A stretch of 64,000 nt of DNA from Rhodospirillales bacterium (lineage in GTDB: Bacteria; Pseudomonadota; Alphaproteobacteria; CACIAM-22H2): contig JAEUKY010000016.1 in assembly GCA_016794005.1 (NCBI GenBank), forward strand, positions 27,589-91,588, in the 5' to 3' direction. A program made the translations under genes and the position numbers. The notes below the pieces were generated by a model that made no database searches, was not told where the DNA came from, and was given only the letters and a program-made list of their open reading frames with translations. Positions 44,566-54,857 of this stretch are shown one piece after another; position 1 is the stretch's first letter, and every line of letters starts with the position of its first letter.

Positions 44566-47500
44566 AGATCAGCGCGCCCTTCATCGCGCGCCCGATCGCC
44601 ACGACGCTGCTGACGCTGGCGGCGGTGCTGGCGGGGATTCTCGGCTATCGCGTGCTGCCGGTTTCCTCGCTGCCGGAAGTCGACTTCCCGACCATCCAGG
44701 TGACGACGCGCCTGCCGGGTGCGGATCCCGAGACGATCGCCGCCCTCGTCACCGCCCCGCTCGAACGCCAGCTCGGGCAGATTTCGGGCCTCGCGACGAT
44801 GACGTCGACGTCGAGCTACGGGACGAGTGCCATCGCCCTGCAGTTCGTGCTCGGCCGCAGCATCGATGAGGCCGCCCAGGACGTGCAGGCCGCAATCAAC
44901 GTCGCCGCCGGCTTCCTGCCGCGCAACCTTCCCTATCCGCCGACCTACGCCAAGGTGAACCCGGCCGATCCGCCGATCGTCAGCCTGGCGCTGACGTCGG
45001 ACACGCTGCCGGTCGTGCGCATCAGCGACGCCGCCGACAGCGTTCTCGCGCAGAAGCTGAGCCAGATTTCCGGTGTGGGCCGCGTCAGCGTGCAGGGCGA
45101 CCAGAAACCGGCAGTCCGCATCCAGATCGATCCGCAGCGCCTGGCTGCCTACGGGCTGGGGCTCGAGGACGTGCGCGCGGTCCTCGTACGCGCCAACACC
45201 AAGCAGTCGAAGGGCAGCTTCGACGGGCCGTCGCAGGCGTTCACGATCACCGCCAACGACCAGATCACCGAGCCCGGCCAGTACCGCGACGTGATCGTCA
45301 CCTATCGCAACGGGGCGCCGCTGCGCCTGCGCGACGTGGCCGAGGTCGTCGAAGGTCTCGAGAACAGCAAGGTCATGGCGACGGTCGACGGCCGCTCGGC
45401 CGTGCTGATCGAGGTGCAGCGCCAGCCGGGCGCCAACGTCGTCGAGACCGCCGACCGGATCAAGCGCGCGATACCCGATCTCGAGCGCGCGATTCCGCCG
45501 GGCATCCGCATCGTCGTGGTCGCCGACCGTACCGTGACGATCCGCGCCAGCGTCGCCGATGTGCAGTTTTCGCTGCTGCTCGCGACCGTGCTCGTCGTTC
45601 TGGTCATCTACGCGTTCCTGCGCAGCTGGCGGGCGACGGCGATCCCGGCGGTCGCGCTGCCGGTCTCGCTGGTCGCGACCTTCGGCGTGATGAAGCTGTG
45701 CGGATTCGGGCTCGACAATCTTTCGCTTATGGCGTTGACGGTGGCGACGGGCTTCGTCGTCGACGACGCGATCGTGATGATCGAGAACGTCGTGCGCCAC
45801 GTCGAGAAGGGCGAAAAGCCGCTCGCGGCCGCCTACAAGGGCGCCGAACAGATCGGCTTCACCATCGTCGGGTTGACGGTGTCGCTGATCGCCGTGTTCA
45901 TCCCGCTGCTGTTCATGTCCGGAATCGTCGGCCGGCTCTTCCACGAGTTCGCCGTGACGCTGTCGATCGCGGTCGTGATCTCCGCCTTCGTGTCGCTGAC
46001 GCTGACGCCGATGATGTGCGCGCGCATCCTGAGGCCGGTCGAGGCGGAGAAGCCCGGGCCCGTCGCGCGGCTGCTCGAGGCCGGGTTCGACGCGACCTTG
46101 CGCGTCTACATGGCGACACTCGACTGGGTCATGCGCTGGCAGAAGGCGACGCTGCTGTTCGCGTTCGGCACGCTCGTGCTGACGGTCGCCCTCTACAGCT
46201 GGATCCCCAAGGGCTTCCTGCCGCAGCAGGACACCGGCGTGATCGTCGCCACGATCGATGCCGAGCAGGATGCGAGCTTCCTGCGCATCGCCGAACTCCA
46301 GCGCCAGGCCGTCGCGATCGTGCGTGCCGACCGCGACGTGGCGACGGTGACGGGCTTCTCGGGCGCTGGCACGCTTGCGGGCACGGGCAACACGGTGCGG
46401 CTGACGGCCGTACTGAAGCCGCGCCGCGAACGGGCGGACAGTGCGGCCGACATCGCGCGCCGGCTGGGAACGGCGCTGGCCGTACTGCCGGCGCAGAGTT
46501 ACCTGCAGCCGGTTCAGGACATTCAGATCGGCGCCCGCGCCAGCCGCACGCTCTACCAGTACACGCTGACGGGTCCCGACGGAGCGGAGCTTGCCGCCTG
46601 GGCGCCGCGCCTGGTCGACATGCTGCGCCAGGAACCTGTCCTGCGCGACATCGCGTCGGACCAGCAGACGGGTGCGCGCCAGCTGCGACTGACCATCGAC
46701 CGCGATGCGGCCTCGCGTCTCGGCGTCAGCCTGCAGGCGATCGACGACACGCTCTACGACGCGTTCGGCCAACGGCAGGTCTCGACGATCTATTCGCAGA
46801 CGAACCAGTACCGCGTCGTCATGGAACTGACGCCCGAACTGCAGGGCGATCCGGCAACCATCGGCACGCTGCGCGTGCCCGGTACGGGCGGCGTGCAGGT
46901 GCCGCTCGCCTCGCTGGCCCGGATCGAGCGCGCACCGGCACCGCTCGCGATCAACCGGCAGGCGCAGTTCCCGGCCGTCACGATCAGCTTCGACCTGGCG
47001 CAGGGCGCCAGCCTCGACCAGGCGCTGGCGGCGATCGTACGGGCGGAGGGCGAACTTGGCCTGCCGCCGTCGCTGACCGGCGCCTTCGCCGGCGACGCGG
47101 CGGAGTTCGAGCGGGCGCTGGTTTCCCAGCCGTGGCTGATCCTCGCGGCTGTCGTCGTCATCTACATCCTGCTCGGCGTGCTCTACGAAAGCCTGATCCA
47201 TCCCGCGACGATCCTGTCGACGCTGCCGTCGGCCGGCATCGGCGCGCTGCTTGCGCTGTGGCTTGCGGGCATGGACCTGTCGCTGGTCGGGCTAATCGGC
47301 ATCGTGCTGCTGATGGGCATCGTCAAGAAGAACGCGATCATGATGATCGACTTCGCGCTCGACGCCGAACGCAACGAGGGCAAGTCGCCCGAGGAAGCGA
47401 TCCGCGAGGCGTGCCGCCTGCGCTACCGGCCGATCATGATGACGACGATGGCGGCCCTGCTCGGCGCGCTGCCGCTCGCCTTCGAAAGCGGAACCGGGTC

Positions 47501-47648
47501 GGAACTGCGCAATCCGCTGGGCATATCCATCGTCGGCGGGCTCGTGCTCTCGCAGCTCCTGACGCTCTACACGACGCCGGTCATCTATCTCGCCTTCGAG
47601 CGGCTGCGCGCGCGCTTCGCGCCGCGTGCGCCCGCGGCGGCGGAGTAG
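44562..47648 (+). CDS. mdtB: RND multidrug efflux permease (MdtB-like).
   Basis: 1028 aa, 12-TM AcrB-family with two large periplasmic loops. ATGA overlap with the MFP gene. Confidence 0.85.
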   Translation: MKISAPFIARPIATTLLTLAAVLAGILGYRVLPVSSLPEVDFPTIQVTTRLPGADPETIAALVTAPLERQLGQISGLATMTSTSSYGTSAIALQFVLGRSIDEAAQDVQAAINVAAGFLPRNLPYPPTYAKVNPADPPIVSLALTSDTLPVVRISDAADSVLAQKLSQISGVGRVSVQGDQKPAVRIQIDPQRLAAYGLGLEDVRAVLVRANTKQSKGSFDGPSQAFTITANDQITEPGQYRDVIVTYRNGAPLRLRDVAEVVEGLENSKVMATVDGRSAVLIEVQRQPGANVVETADRIKRAIPDLERAIPPGIRIVVVADRTVTIRASVADVQFSLLLATVLVVLVIYAFLRSWRATAIPAVALPVSLVATFGVMKLCGFGLDNLSLMALTVATGFVVDDAIVMIENVVRHVEKGEKPLAAAYKGAEQIGFTIVGLTVSLIAVFIPLLFMSGIVGRLFHEFAVTLSIAVVISAFVSLTLTPMMCARILRPVEAEKPGPVARLLEAGFDATLRVYMATLDWVMRWQKATLLFAFGTLVLTVALYSWIPKGFLPQQDTGVIVATIDAEQDASFLRIAELQRQAVAIVRADRDVATVTGFSGAGTLAGTGNTVRLTAVLKPRRERADSAADIARRLGTALAVLPAQSYLQPVQDIQIGARASRTLYQYTLTGPDGAELAAWAPRLVDMLRQEPVLRDIASDQQTGARQLRLTIDRDAASRLGVSLQAIDDTLYDAFGQRQVSTIYSQTNQYRVVMELTPELQGDPATIGTLRVPGTGGVQVPLASLARIERAPAPLAINRQAQFPAVTISFDLAQGASLDQALAAIVRAEGELGLPPSLTGAFAGDAAEFERALVSQPWLILAAVVVIYILLGVLYESLIHPATILSTLPSAGIGALLALWLAGMDLSLVGLIGIVLLMGIVKKNAIMMIDFALDAERNEGKSPEEAIREACRLRYRPIMMTTMAALLGALPLAFESGTGSELRNPLGISIVGGLVLSQLLTLYTTPVIYLAFERLRARFAPRAPAAAE

Positions 47649-47651
47649 GCG

Positions 47652-50600
47652 ATGTCGATCTCCGCCCCCTTCATCCGCCGGCCCATCGGTACGAGCCTGA
47701 TGGCGCTCGGCGTGTTCCTTGCCGGCGCCGTCGCCTATTTCCATCTGCCGGTCGCCCCGTTGCCCAACACCGACCTGCCGGTCGTGTTCGTGCGCGCCAA
47801 TCAGCCGGGCGCCGATCCCGACACGATGGCCAGCACCGTGACCGCCACGCTCGAACGCCATCTCGGCACGATCGCCGGCGTCAACGAGATGACGAGCACG
47901 AGCGCCCTGGGCAGCGCCACCATCGTTCTGCAGTTCGATCCCGCGCGCCGGCCCGCCGACGCGGCGAAGGACGTGCAGGCCGCGATCAATGCCGCGATCC
48001 CGGATCTTCCGGCCGGCATGCCGCAGCCCCCGAGCTACCGCAAGGCGAACCCGAACGCGCGGCCCGTGCTGATCCTGGCGCTGACGTCGAAGACGATGAC
48101 GACGCAGGCGATCTTCGACGCGGCCGACACGGTGCTTGCCCAGCGCCTCGCGCAGATCGACGGCGTTGCCCAGGCCAACGTAATGGGTGCCGAGAAGCCC
48201 GCGATCCGCGTCCAGGCAGACATGCGCCGGCTCGCCGCAATGGGCCTGTCGATGGAGGACGTGCGCGCCGCCATCGTCGCGGCGAATGTCGACCAGCCGA
48301 CGGGACGTATCGACGGGCCGGAGAGCAACGTCACCGTTTCGGTCACGGATTCGCTGCGCTCGGCCGAGGACTATGCCGCCATCCTGCTGCGCGCGGCGAA
48401 CGGCCGCACGATCCGCCTCGGCGACGTCGCCAACGTTTTCGCGGGCGTGGAGAACGAGCGGCAGGCGGCATGGTTCGGCGACCAGCGCGCGGTGCTGATC
48501 CAGATCCTGAAGCAGCCGGGCGCCAACGTCATCGAGACGGTCGACCATATAAAGGCGCTGCTGCCCGAGCTTTCGCGCTGGCTGCCGGCGGGCATCGACG
48601 TGACGACGATGTACGACCAGACGAGCACGATCCGCGCATCGGTGCGCGACGTGCAGGTCACGCTGCTTATCTCGGTCGCCCTCGTCATCGGCATCGTCGG
48701 CATCTTCCTGCGCCGGCTCGCCCCCACGCTCGCCGCGGCCGTGGCGGTGCCGCTGTCGCTCGCCGGCACGTTCGCGGCGATGTGGTGGCTGGGCTTCAGC
48801 CTCAACAACCTGTCGCTGATGGCGTTGACGATCTCGGTCGGGTTCGTCGTCGACGACGCGATCGTCGTGATCGAGAACATCATGCGCAATCGCGAGCGCG
48901 GCATGACCCCGCTCGACGCGGCGCTGACGGGCGCCCGCGAGATCGGCTTTACGGTCGTATCGATGACGCTGTCGTTGGCCGTCGTGTTCGTGCCCATGTA
49001 TTTCCTGGGCGGCCTGCAGGGCCGTTTCCTGCGCGAGTTCGCGCTGGTTCTGACGGCGGCGATTCTCATCTCGGGCGTCGTGTCGCTGACGCTGACGCCG
49101 ATGATGTGCGCGCGTTTTGCCGGGCGCGAGCGCCCCGCCACGATCTTCGACCGGGCCTTCGACCGCGTGTTCGACCCGGTCGTGAACGCCTATTCGCGCG
49201 CGCTCGCGGTGACGATCCGCTGGCGCTGGACGATGCTGCTGGTCACGCTTGCCACGATCGCGGCGACGGTGATGCTTTACGTGCAGGCGCCGAAGGGCGG
49301 CTTCGTGCCGCAGCAGGACACGGGCCTGCTGCGCGCCTTCGCGCGCGCGTCGCCCGACACGTCGTTCCGGGCCATGTCGCAGCGCATGGACGCGGCCGTG
49401 CGCATCGTGCGCAGCGATCCCGCCGTCGCCAGCGTGGGCGGCGTGACCGGCGGCGGGTTCTTCGGGGCGGCAAACACGGGCCAGATGTTCATCGCGCTCA
49501 AGCCGCGCGGCGAGCGCGACGTTTCGGCCGATCAGGTCGTCGCGCGCCTGCGCCCGCGCCTGGCACGTCTCGTGGACGTACAGGTGTTCCTGTCCGCCGA
49601 ACAAGACCTGCAGTTCGGCGGGCGCGGGGGCAGGGCGCAGTTCCAGGTCGCGCTTCTGGCCGCCAAGCCGGCGGACCTCGCGGTCTGGGGGCCGGTACTG
49701 GTGCGCCAGCTCGCCCAGGAACCGGGCTTCCAGGACGTGTCGAGCGACCTGGAGCGCGCCGGGCTGGACGCGCGCACGACCATCGACCGGGATGCCGCCG
49801 CGCGGTTCGGCATCCAGCCGGCCGAAATCGATGCGGCCCTGAACAATGCGTTCGCCCAGCGCCTCGTCTCGACGATCTACCGCGAGCGCAACCAGTACCG
49901 CGTCGTTCTCGAGGCGCTCCCCGAACAGCAGCGCGGCCCCAACGCCCTGTCGCAGATCTACGTAAAGGCGCCGTCGGGCGCCCAGGTGCCGCTGTCGGCG
50001 CTGGCGAAGGTGGAGATCGTGCCATCGCCGCTCAGCATCGCGCATGACGGGCAGTTTCCGTCGACGACCATCAGCTTCAACCTGAACGAGGGCGGTGCGC
50101 TTCTCGACGCGATCGCGCGGGTGCGCGCGGTCGCCCAGTCGATCGGCATGCCCGGCGACATGCGCGTCGAGGCGACCGGTTTCGCGCGCGTCAGCCAGGC
50201 GCAGAACGCCGGCGTCCCGCTGCTGATCCTCGCGGCGATCGTCGCGATCTATCTCGTCCTCGGCATCCTCTACGAAAGCTGGGCGCAGTCGGTCACGATC
50301 CTGTCGACGCTGCCCTCGGCCGGCGTGGGCGCGCTTCTGGCGAACATGGCGACGGGCACGAACCTCACGCTCATCAGTATCGTCGGCATCATCCTGCTGA
50401 TGGGCATCGTCAAGAAGAACGCGATAATGATGGTCGATTTCGCCCTCGTCGCCGAGCGGCGCGACGGCATGGCGCCGGCCGATGCGATTCTCGAGGCCTG
50501 CCGCGTGCGCTTCCGCCCGATCATGATGACCACGCTGACCGCGATGCTCGGCGCGCTTCCGCTGGCGATGGGCGACGGCATCGGGGCGGAGCTGCGCCGG

Positions 50601-50732
50601 CCGCTGGGAATCGCCATCGTCGGCGGTCTGGCTTTCAGCCAGGTCCTGACGCTGTTCACCACGCCGGTCATCTATCTTCTGCTGCGCGGCCGGCAGCCGG
50701 AACCGGCTCTCGTCCCCGGAGCCGCACAATGA
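47652..50732 (+). CDS. mdtC: RND multidrug efflux permease (MdtC-like), paralog of the preceding gene.
   Basis: 1026 aa; N-terminus MSISAPFIRRPIGTSLMAL mirrors MKISAPFIARPIATTLLTL of the upstream paralog. Confidence 0.85.
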   Translation: MSISAPFIRRPIGTSLMALGVFLAGAVAYFHLPVAPLPNTDLPVVFVRANQPGADPDTMASTVTATLERHLGTIAGVNEMTSTSALGSATIVLQFDPARRPADAAKDVQAAINAAIPDLPAGMPQPPSYRKANPNARPVLILALTSKTMTTQAIFDAADTVLAQRLAQIDGVAQANVMGAEKPAIRVQADMRRLAAMGLSMEDVRAAIVAANVDQPTGRIDGPESNVTVSVTDSLRSAEDYAAILLRAANGRTIRLGDVANVFAGVENERQAAWFGDQRAVLIQILKQPGANVIETVDHIKALLPELSRWLPAGIDVTTMYDQTSTIRASVRDVQVTLLISVALVIGIVGIFLRRLAPTLAAAVAVPLSLAGTFAAMWWLGFSLNNLSLMALTISVGFVVDDAIVVIENIMRNRERGMTPLDAALTGAREIGFTVVSMTLSLAVVFVPMYFLGGLQGRFLREFALVLTAAILISGVVSLTLTPMMCARFAGRERPATIFDRAFDRVFDPVVNAYSRALAVTIRWRWTMLLVTLATIAATVMLYVQAPKGGFVPQQDTGLLRAFARASPDTSFRAMSQRMDAAVRIVRSDPAVASVGGVTGGGFFGAANTGQMFIALKPRGERDVSADQVVARLRPRLARLVDVQVFLSAEQDLQFGGRGGRAQFQVALLAAKPADLAVWGPVLVRQLAQEPGFQDVSSDLERAGLDARTTIDRDAAARFGIQPAEIDAALNNAFAQRLVSTIYRERNQYRVVLEALPEQQRGPNALSQIYVKAPSGAQVPLSALAKVEIVPSPLSIAHDGQFPSTTISFNLNEGGALLDAIARVRAVAQSIGMPGDMRVEATGFARVSQAQNAGVPLLILAAIVAIYLVLGILYESWAQSVTILSTLPSAGVGALLANMATGTNLTLISIVGIILLMGIVKKNAIMMVDFALVAERRDGMAPADAILEACRVRFRPIMMTTLTAMLGALPLAMGDGIGAELRRPLGIAIVGGLAFSQVLTLFTTPVIYLLLRGRQPEPALVPGAAQ

Positions 50733-52180
50733 GGCGTCGCGCCGTTCCGGTGCTCGCGATGGCGCTTGCGCTGTCGGCATGCGAGACGGGTTCGCCGTAT
50801 CTGCGGCCCATCGTCGAGCTGCCGGCGCAGTTCCGCGAACTGATGGGCATCCGACCGGCCGAAGCGCCCAAGCCCGACGTGCCGCCCGCACCCGTCCCCG
50901 GCGTTTGGCCGGCGGCCGACTGGTGGAAGCAGTTCGGCTCGGCCGAACTCGACGAGCTGGTCGCGAAGGCGCAGGCGGCGAATTTCGATCTCGCCGCCGC
51001 TGCGGCGCGCATCCGCCAGGCGATCGCGCAGGCCGAGATTGCCGGGGCCGCCCAGTATCCCGATCTCGAATTGTCGAGCGGGGCCTCGCGCCAGCAATCG
51101 GCCCCAAGCGGCACCACGACCAGCACGGGTGCCACGCGCCGGCCGGTCTGGTCGAACCGCTTCGACGTGCAGCTTTCGTCGACCTACGAGATCGATTTCT
51201 GGGGCAAGAACCGCGCCGCGGCGGAAGCCGCACGAGCCTCGCTCGTCGCCAGCCGCTACGACGCGGCGACGGTGGCGCTGACGACCGTCTCGAACGTCGC
51301 CAACACCTATTTCCAGGTTCTCGGACTTGCCGAACGGCTCGACTACGCGCGCCAGTCGCTGGCCGACGCCGAAGACATCCTCGCGGCCGTGCGCGCGCGC
51401 GCCGCGGTGGGGACGGCGAGCCTGATCGATATCGCCCCGCAGCTCAGCATCGTCGAGGGGCAGAAGGCCGTGATCGCGTCGCTTTCCCGCCAGCTCGCCC
51501 AGCAGACCGACGTGCTCGGCGTGCTGCTGGGGGCGGCCGGCCGGCCCGAGATCGTCGCGATCCCGCTGACCGACCTGCACGTGCCGGCCGTCGGGCCTGG
51601 CGTTCCGTCCGAACTGCTGCGCCGCCGGCCCGACATCGCGGCGGCGGAGGCCAACCTGATCGCGGCCAACGCGTCCTTGCGCAACGCCATCGCGTCGCGC
51701 TGGCCGAGCCTGAGCCTGACGGGTGCCGCGGGTTTCCAGTCGTCGGACCTGAACCGGCTTTTCGATCCGACCTCGCAGATCTTCTCGATCGCGTCGGCGC
51801 TGACGGCGCCGATCTTCGCGGGCGGGGCGCTGGAGGGGCAGGAGAAGCTCCAGCGCGCGCGCATGGAAGAACTGGCCGCCACCTACCAGAAGGCGGTCGT
51901 GCAGGCCTTCGCCGACGTCGAAACCGCGCTGTCGGGCACCCGGCGAACGCGCGAACAGCTCGAAGCCCAGGTCGCGGCCACGGCCGCCTCGCGCATCGCG
52001 TTCGAGGCCGCACAGGCCCAGTATCGCGTGGGCTCGATCGACTCCGTCACGCTGCGCGATACCGAACGCAGCTACTTCACGGCGCTCGACGCGCTCGCGC
52101 AGGCGCGGCTCGGCTATTACCAGGCGCTGATCGCACTCTTCCAGGCGCTGGGCGGCGGCTGGGAAGTTCCGGCGGAATAG
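50729..52180 (+). CDS. RND efflux outer-membrane lipoprotein, NodT/OprM family.
   Basis: Lipobox LALSAC, TolC-like repeats; ATGA overlap with mdtC. Confidence 0.85.
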   Translation: MRRRAVPVLAMALALSACETGSPYLRPIVELPAQFRELMGIRPAEAPKPDVPPAPVPGVWPAADWWKQFGSAELDELVAKAQAANFDLAAAAARIRQAIAQAEIAGAAQYPDLELSSGASRQQSAPSGTTTSTGATRRPVWSNRFDVQLSSTYEIDFWGKNRAAAEAARASLVASRYDAATVALTTVSNVANTYFQVLGLAERLDYARQSLADAEDILAAVRARAAVGTASLIDIAPQLSIVEGQKAVIASLSRQLAQQTDVLGVLLGAAGRPEIVAIPLTDLHVPAVGPGVPSELLRRRPDIAAAEANLIAANASLRNAIASRWPSLSLTGAAGFQSSDLNRLFDPTSQIFSIASALTAPIFAGGALEGQEKLQRARMEELAATYQKAVVQAFADVETALSGTRRTREQLEAQVAATAASRIAFEAAQAQYRVGSIDSVTLRDTERSYFTALDALAQARLGYYQALIALFQALGGGWEVPAE

Positions 52181-52233
52181 GGCATCCGCCGGCCGCGTTG
52201 TCGCGGACGGGAGCACCCCGTCCGGAGGCTTCG

Positions 52234-52740
52234 ATGAAAATCCTCGTTCCCCTCGCCGCAGCGCTCGCCCTCGGCAGTCCGGCATTCGCCCAATCCATCG
52301 GTACCGCCGGGCAGGACGCGCTGGAAAACGCGCGTTCGGGCACCGTCGTCCAGTGGCGCAACCCCGACGACGGGACGAGCGGTGCCTTCGTGCCGAAACC
52401 CGCCTTCCAGGACGCGACGGGCCAGATCTGCCGCGAGTTCAACCAGACCGTCACGATCGGCGGGCAGTCCCAGCAGGCCTGGGGAACCGCGTGCCGTCAG
52501 TCCGACGGTTCGTGGAAGCTGCAGCGCGCCGCGGTCGATACCCCGCCGCCGCCGCCGCGTTTCGTGCCGGCCCCGGCCCCGGTCACGGTCTATGCGCCGC
52601 CGCCGCCGGTCATCTACACCTATCCGCCGCCCAATTATCCGCCGGGCTACTACTACGCGCGGCCCTATTACTCATCCGGGGTCGTGATCCGGCTCGGTGG
52701 CGGACATCGCCACCGCCATCATCATCACCGTCACTGGTAG
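52234..52740 (+). CDS. Small secreted protein with a surface-antigen-like Cys pair, a proline-rich segment and a C-terminal His-rich tail (GGGHRHRHHHHRHW).
   Basis: Signal peptide MKILVPLAAALALGSPAFA. Segment GQICREFNQTVTIGGQSQQAWGTACRQSDGSW resembles the 17-kDa surface-antigen domain of alphaproteobacteria. GC3-rich native codon usage. Confidence 0.6.
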   Translation: MKILVPLAAALALGSPAFAQSIGTAGQDALENARSGTVVQWRNPDDGTSGAFVPKPAFQDATGQICREFNQTVTIGGQSQQAWGTACRQSDGSWKLQRAAVDTPPPPPRFVPAPAPVTVYAPPPPVIYTYPPPNYPPGYYYARPYYSSGVVIRLGGGHRHRHHHHRHW

Positions 52741-52743
52741 CGC

Positions 52744-54081
52744 TCAGCCTTCGGCGATCGCCGCATCGATCGCGTCGCCCAGCGTCGTCGCGGCAAACGC
52801 GATCTCGGCGGGCGTCGAGACGTAGGGCGGGGCGAGGATGACGTGGTCGCCGGCCTTGCCGTCGATCGTACCGCCCATCGGATAGCAGAGCAGGCCGCGC
52901 GCGAAAGCCTGTTTCTTGATCTTCGCGTGCAGCTTGCGGGCCGGATCGAACGGCGCCTTCGTCGCGCGGTCGGCGACGAGTTCGACCGCCCAGAACAGGC
53001 CGCGCCCGCGGATGTCGCCGACATGGGCGTGATTGCCGAGCCGCTCGACGAGGGCGGCCTCCAGTTCGGCCCCGCGCAGCTTCACCGCATCGAGGAGCCT
53101 CTCGTCGCGGATCGTCTCCTGCACCGCGAGGGCCGCCGCGCACGCCATCGGATGCCCCAGATACGTGTGGCCGTGCATGAAGCCACCCGAGCCGTTCTCG
53201 ATGCCGGCGACGATGCCGGGGGCGACCAGCATCGCGCCGATCGGCTGGGCTCCGCCGCCGAGCCCCTTGGCGATCGCGACGATGTCGGGGACCACGTTCT
53301 CGGTCTCGTAGGCGAACATCGTGCCGCTTCGCCCCATGCCGCACATCACTTCGTCGAGGATCAGCAGGATGCCGTGCTTCTTGCAGACCGCATCGACGCG
53401 CGTGAGATAGCCCGCGACCGGCGGCGTGCAGCCTTGCGTGGCGCCGCCCACCGTTTCCGCGACGAACGCGATGACGTTGCCGGGGCCGAGCCGCTCGACC
53501 GTCGCCTCGAACTCGGCCGCAAGGCGCGCGCCGTAGGCCTCTTCGCTCTCGCCCGGCCGGCGGTCGCGATAGGCGTAGCAGGGCGATACCAGTTCGGTCT
53601 CGGCCAGCAGAGGGGCGAACATCGCGCGCCGCAGCGCGTTGCCGCCCACGCCCAGCGCCCCCAGCGTGTTGCCGTGGTAGCTCTGCCTGCGCGCGACGAA
53701 CTTCGTGCGCTGCGGCTCGCCCTTCTCGACGAAATACTGGCGCGCGAGCTTCAGCGCCGCTTCCATCGCCTCCGATCCGCCCGAAACGAAGTAGACTTTC
53801 GCCATCGCCGTCGGAGCGGCGTCGACAAGCAGGTCGGCAAGCCGCTCCATCGGCTCGTTCGTGAAGAACGACGTGTGCGCGTAGTCGAGCGCGCCGAGTT
53901 GCGCCTGCAGTGCGGCGACGACCCGCGGGTGGTTGTGGCCGAGGCAGCTGACGGCCGCCCCGCCCGAGCCGTCGAAATAGCGCCTGCCGGCCGCGTCGAT
54001 CAGGTAGTTGCCCTCGGCGCGCGCGGCGACCGGCGGGGCGGCGACGCCGCGATGGAGGACGCGGGACTCCCTGTCGTTCAT
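52744..54081 (-). CDS. Class III (omega) aminotransferase, PLP-dependent.
   Basis: MNDRESRVLHRG... with the PLP lysine context (DIVAIAKGLGGG) and GHTYLGHP; 445 aa. It begins 8 nt after the response-regulator stop. Confidence 0.85.
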   Translation of the reverse strand: MNDRESRVLHRGVAAPPVAARAEGNYLIDAAGRRYFDGSGGAAVSCLGHNHPRVVAALQAQLGALDYAHTSFFTNEPMERLADLLVDAAPTAMAKVYFVSGGSEAMEAALKLARQYFVEKGEPQRTKFVARRQSYHGNTLGALGVGGNALRRAMFAPLLAETELVSPCYAYRDRRPGESEEAYGARLAAEFEATVERLGPGNVIAFVAETVGGATQGCTPPVAGYLTRVDAVCKKHGILLILDEVMCGMGRSGTMFAYETENVVPDIVAIAKGLGGGAQPIGAMLVAPGIVAGIENGSGGFMHGHTYLGHPMACAAALAVQETIRDERLLDAVKLRGAELEAALVERLGNHAHVGDIRGRGLFWAVELVADRATKAPFDPARKLHAKIKKQAFARGLLCYPMGGTIDGKAGDHVILAPPYVSTPAEIAFAATTLGDAIDAAIAEG

Positions 54082-54089
54082 GTCTTCCT

Positions 54090-54857
54090 TCAATCCGTCG
54101 TTGGATGGACCCAGACCGTCGCGACGGCCGCATCGACTTCGGCGAGGTCGCGCAGCCGCTCGATCAGCCGGCCGGTCAGCTGCGTTCCGTTCGCCAGAAG
54201 CAGGCCACCGCCCGTCGCCAGCAGGTTGCGCGAAAGCACCGCCCCTTCGCGCACCTTGTCGAGCGCCACCTGGAACTCGGGCCCCGAGGCGGCGGGTTCG
54301 GCCGTCGCCGCGGCGGGGCGTGCCGTATCCTGTGCCAGCAGCGTGCCGGCATTGACAGTGTTCGGTGCGGTGGTGGGCGGGGTTTCGACGGTCTCTGCCT
54401 GCGCCACCACCGCGGCGATCTGGCGGTAGGCGTCGGCCGATTTCACCGGCAGCGGGCGCGACAGGATCTTCTCCAGCCGTTCTGCGAGCGAGGCCCTGGT
54501 CGGCGGCTTCACGAGGAACCCGCTGGTGTCGAGCTGGAAGGCCGCCCAGACGAGGCCGGCGTCGGAATGCGCCGTCAGCATCAGGACCGGCGTGTTGCGC
54601 TTGAGCCCTTCGGCACCCGTGCGGATGTCGGCCAGCAGGCGCAGCCCGTTGCGCGGGCGCATCGCGAAGTCGGTCAACACGCAGTCGAACTGGTACTCGC
54701 TGGATTTCAGCAGGGCGACGGCGGCACCGCCGTCGGCGGCCTCCTCGACGACCCAGGCCCCCATTCCGCGCAGCAGGCGCACGACGAGACCGCGCACGAA
54801 CGTCTCGTCGTCGACGACGAGAAAGGCGCGGCCCTGCAGGGGGGCGGATTCGGTCAT
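54090..54857 (-). CDS. Response regulator: CheY-like receiver plus an uncharacterised C-terminal domain of about 75 aa.
   Basis: Receiver motifs (AFLVVDDE, VLTDFAMRP, LMLTAHSD). The C-terminus (ALDKVREGAVLSRNLLATGGGLLLANGTQLTGRLIERLRDLAEVDA) matches no output domain I recognise. ATGA overlap with the kinase. Confidence 0.75.
   Translation of the reverse strand: MTESAPLQGRAFLVVDDETFVRGLVVRLLRGMGAWVVEEAADGGAAVALLKSSEYQFDCVLTDFAMRPRNGLRLLADIRTGAEGLKRNTPVLMLTAHSDAGLVWAAFQLDTSGFLVKPPTRASLAERLEKILSRPLPVKSADAYRQIAAVVAQAETVETPPTTAPNTVNAGTLLAQDTARPAAATAEPAASGPEFQVALDKVREGAVLSRNLLATGGGLLLANGTQLTGRLIERLRDLAEVDAAVATVWVHPTTD

Noticed and set aside
45698-51233. Very long ORFs inside mdtB/mdtC (1449 aa on +, 1313 aa on -).
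   Set aside because: They are alternate-frame or antisense shadows of the RND permease genes with extreme Arg/Gly/Pro content. The in-frame MdtB/MdtC translations carry full AcrB-family topology.
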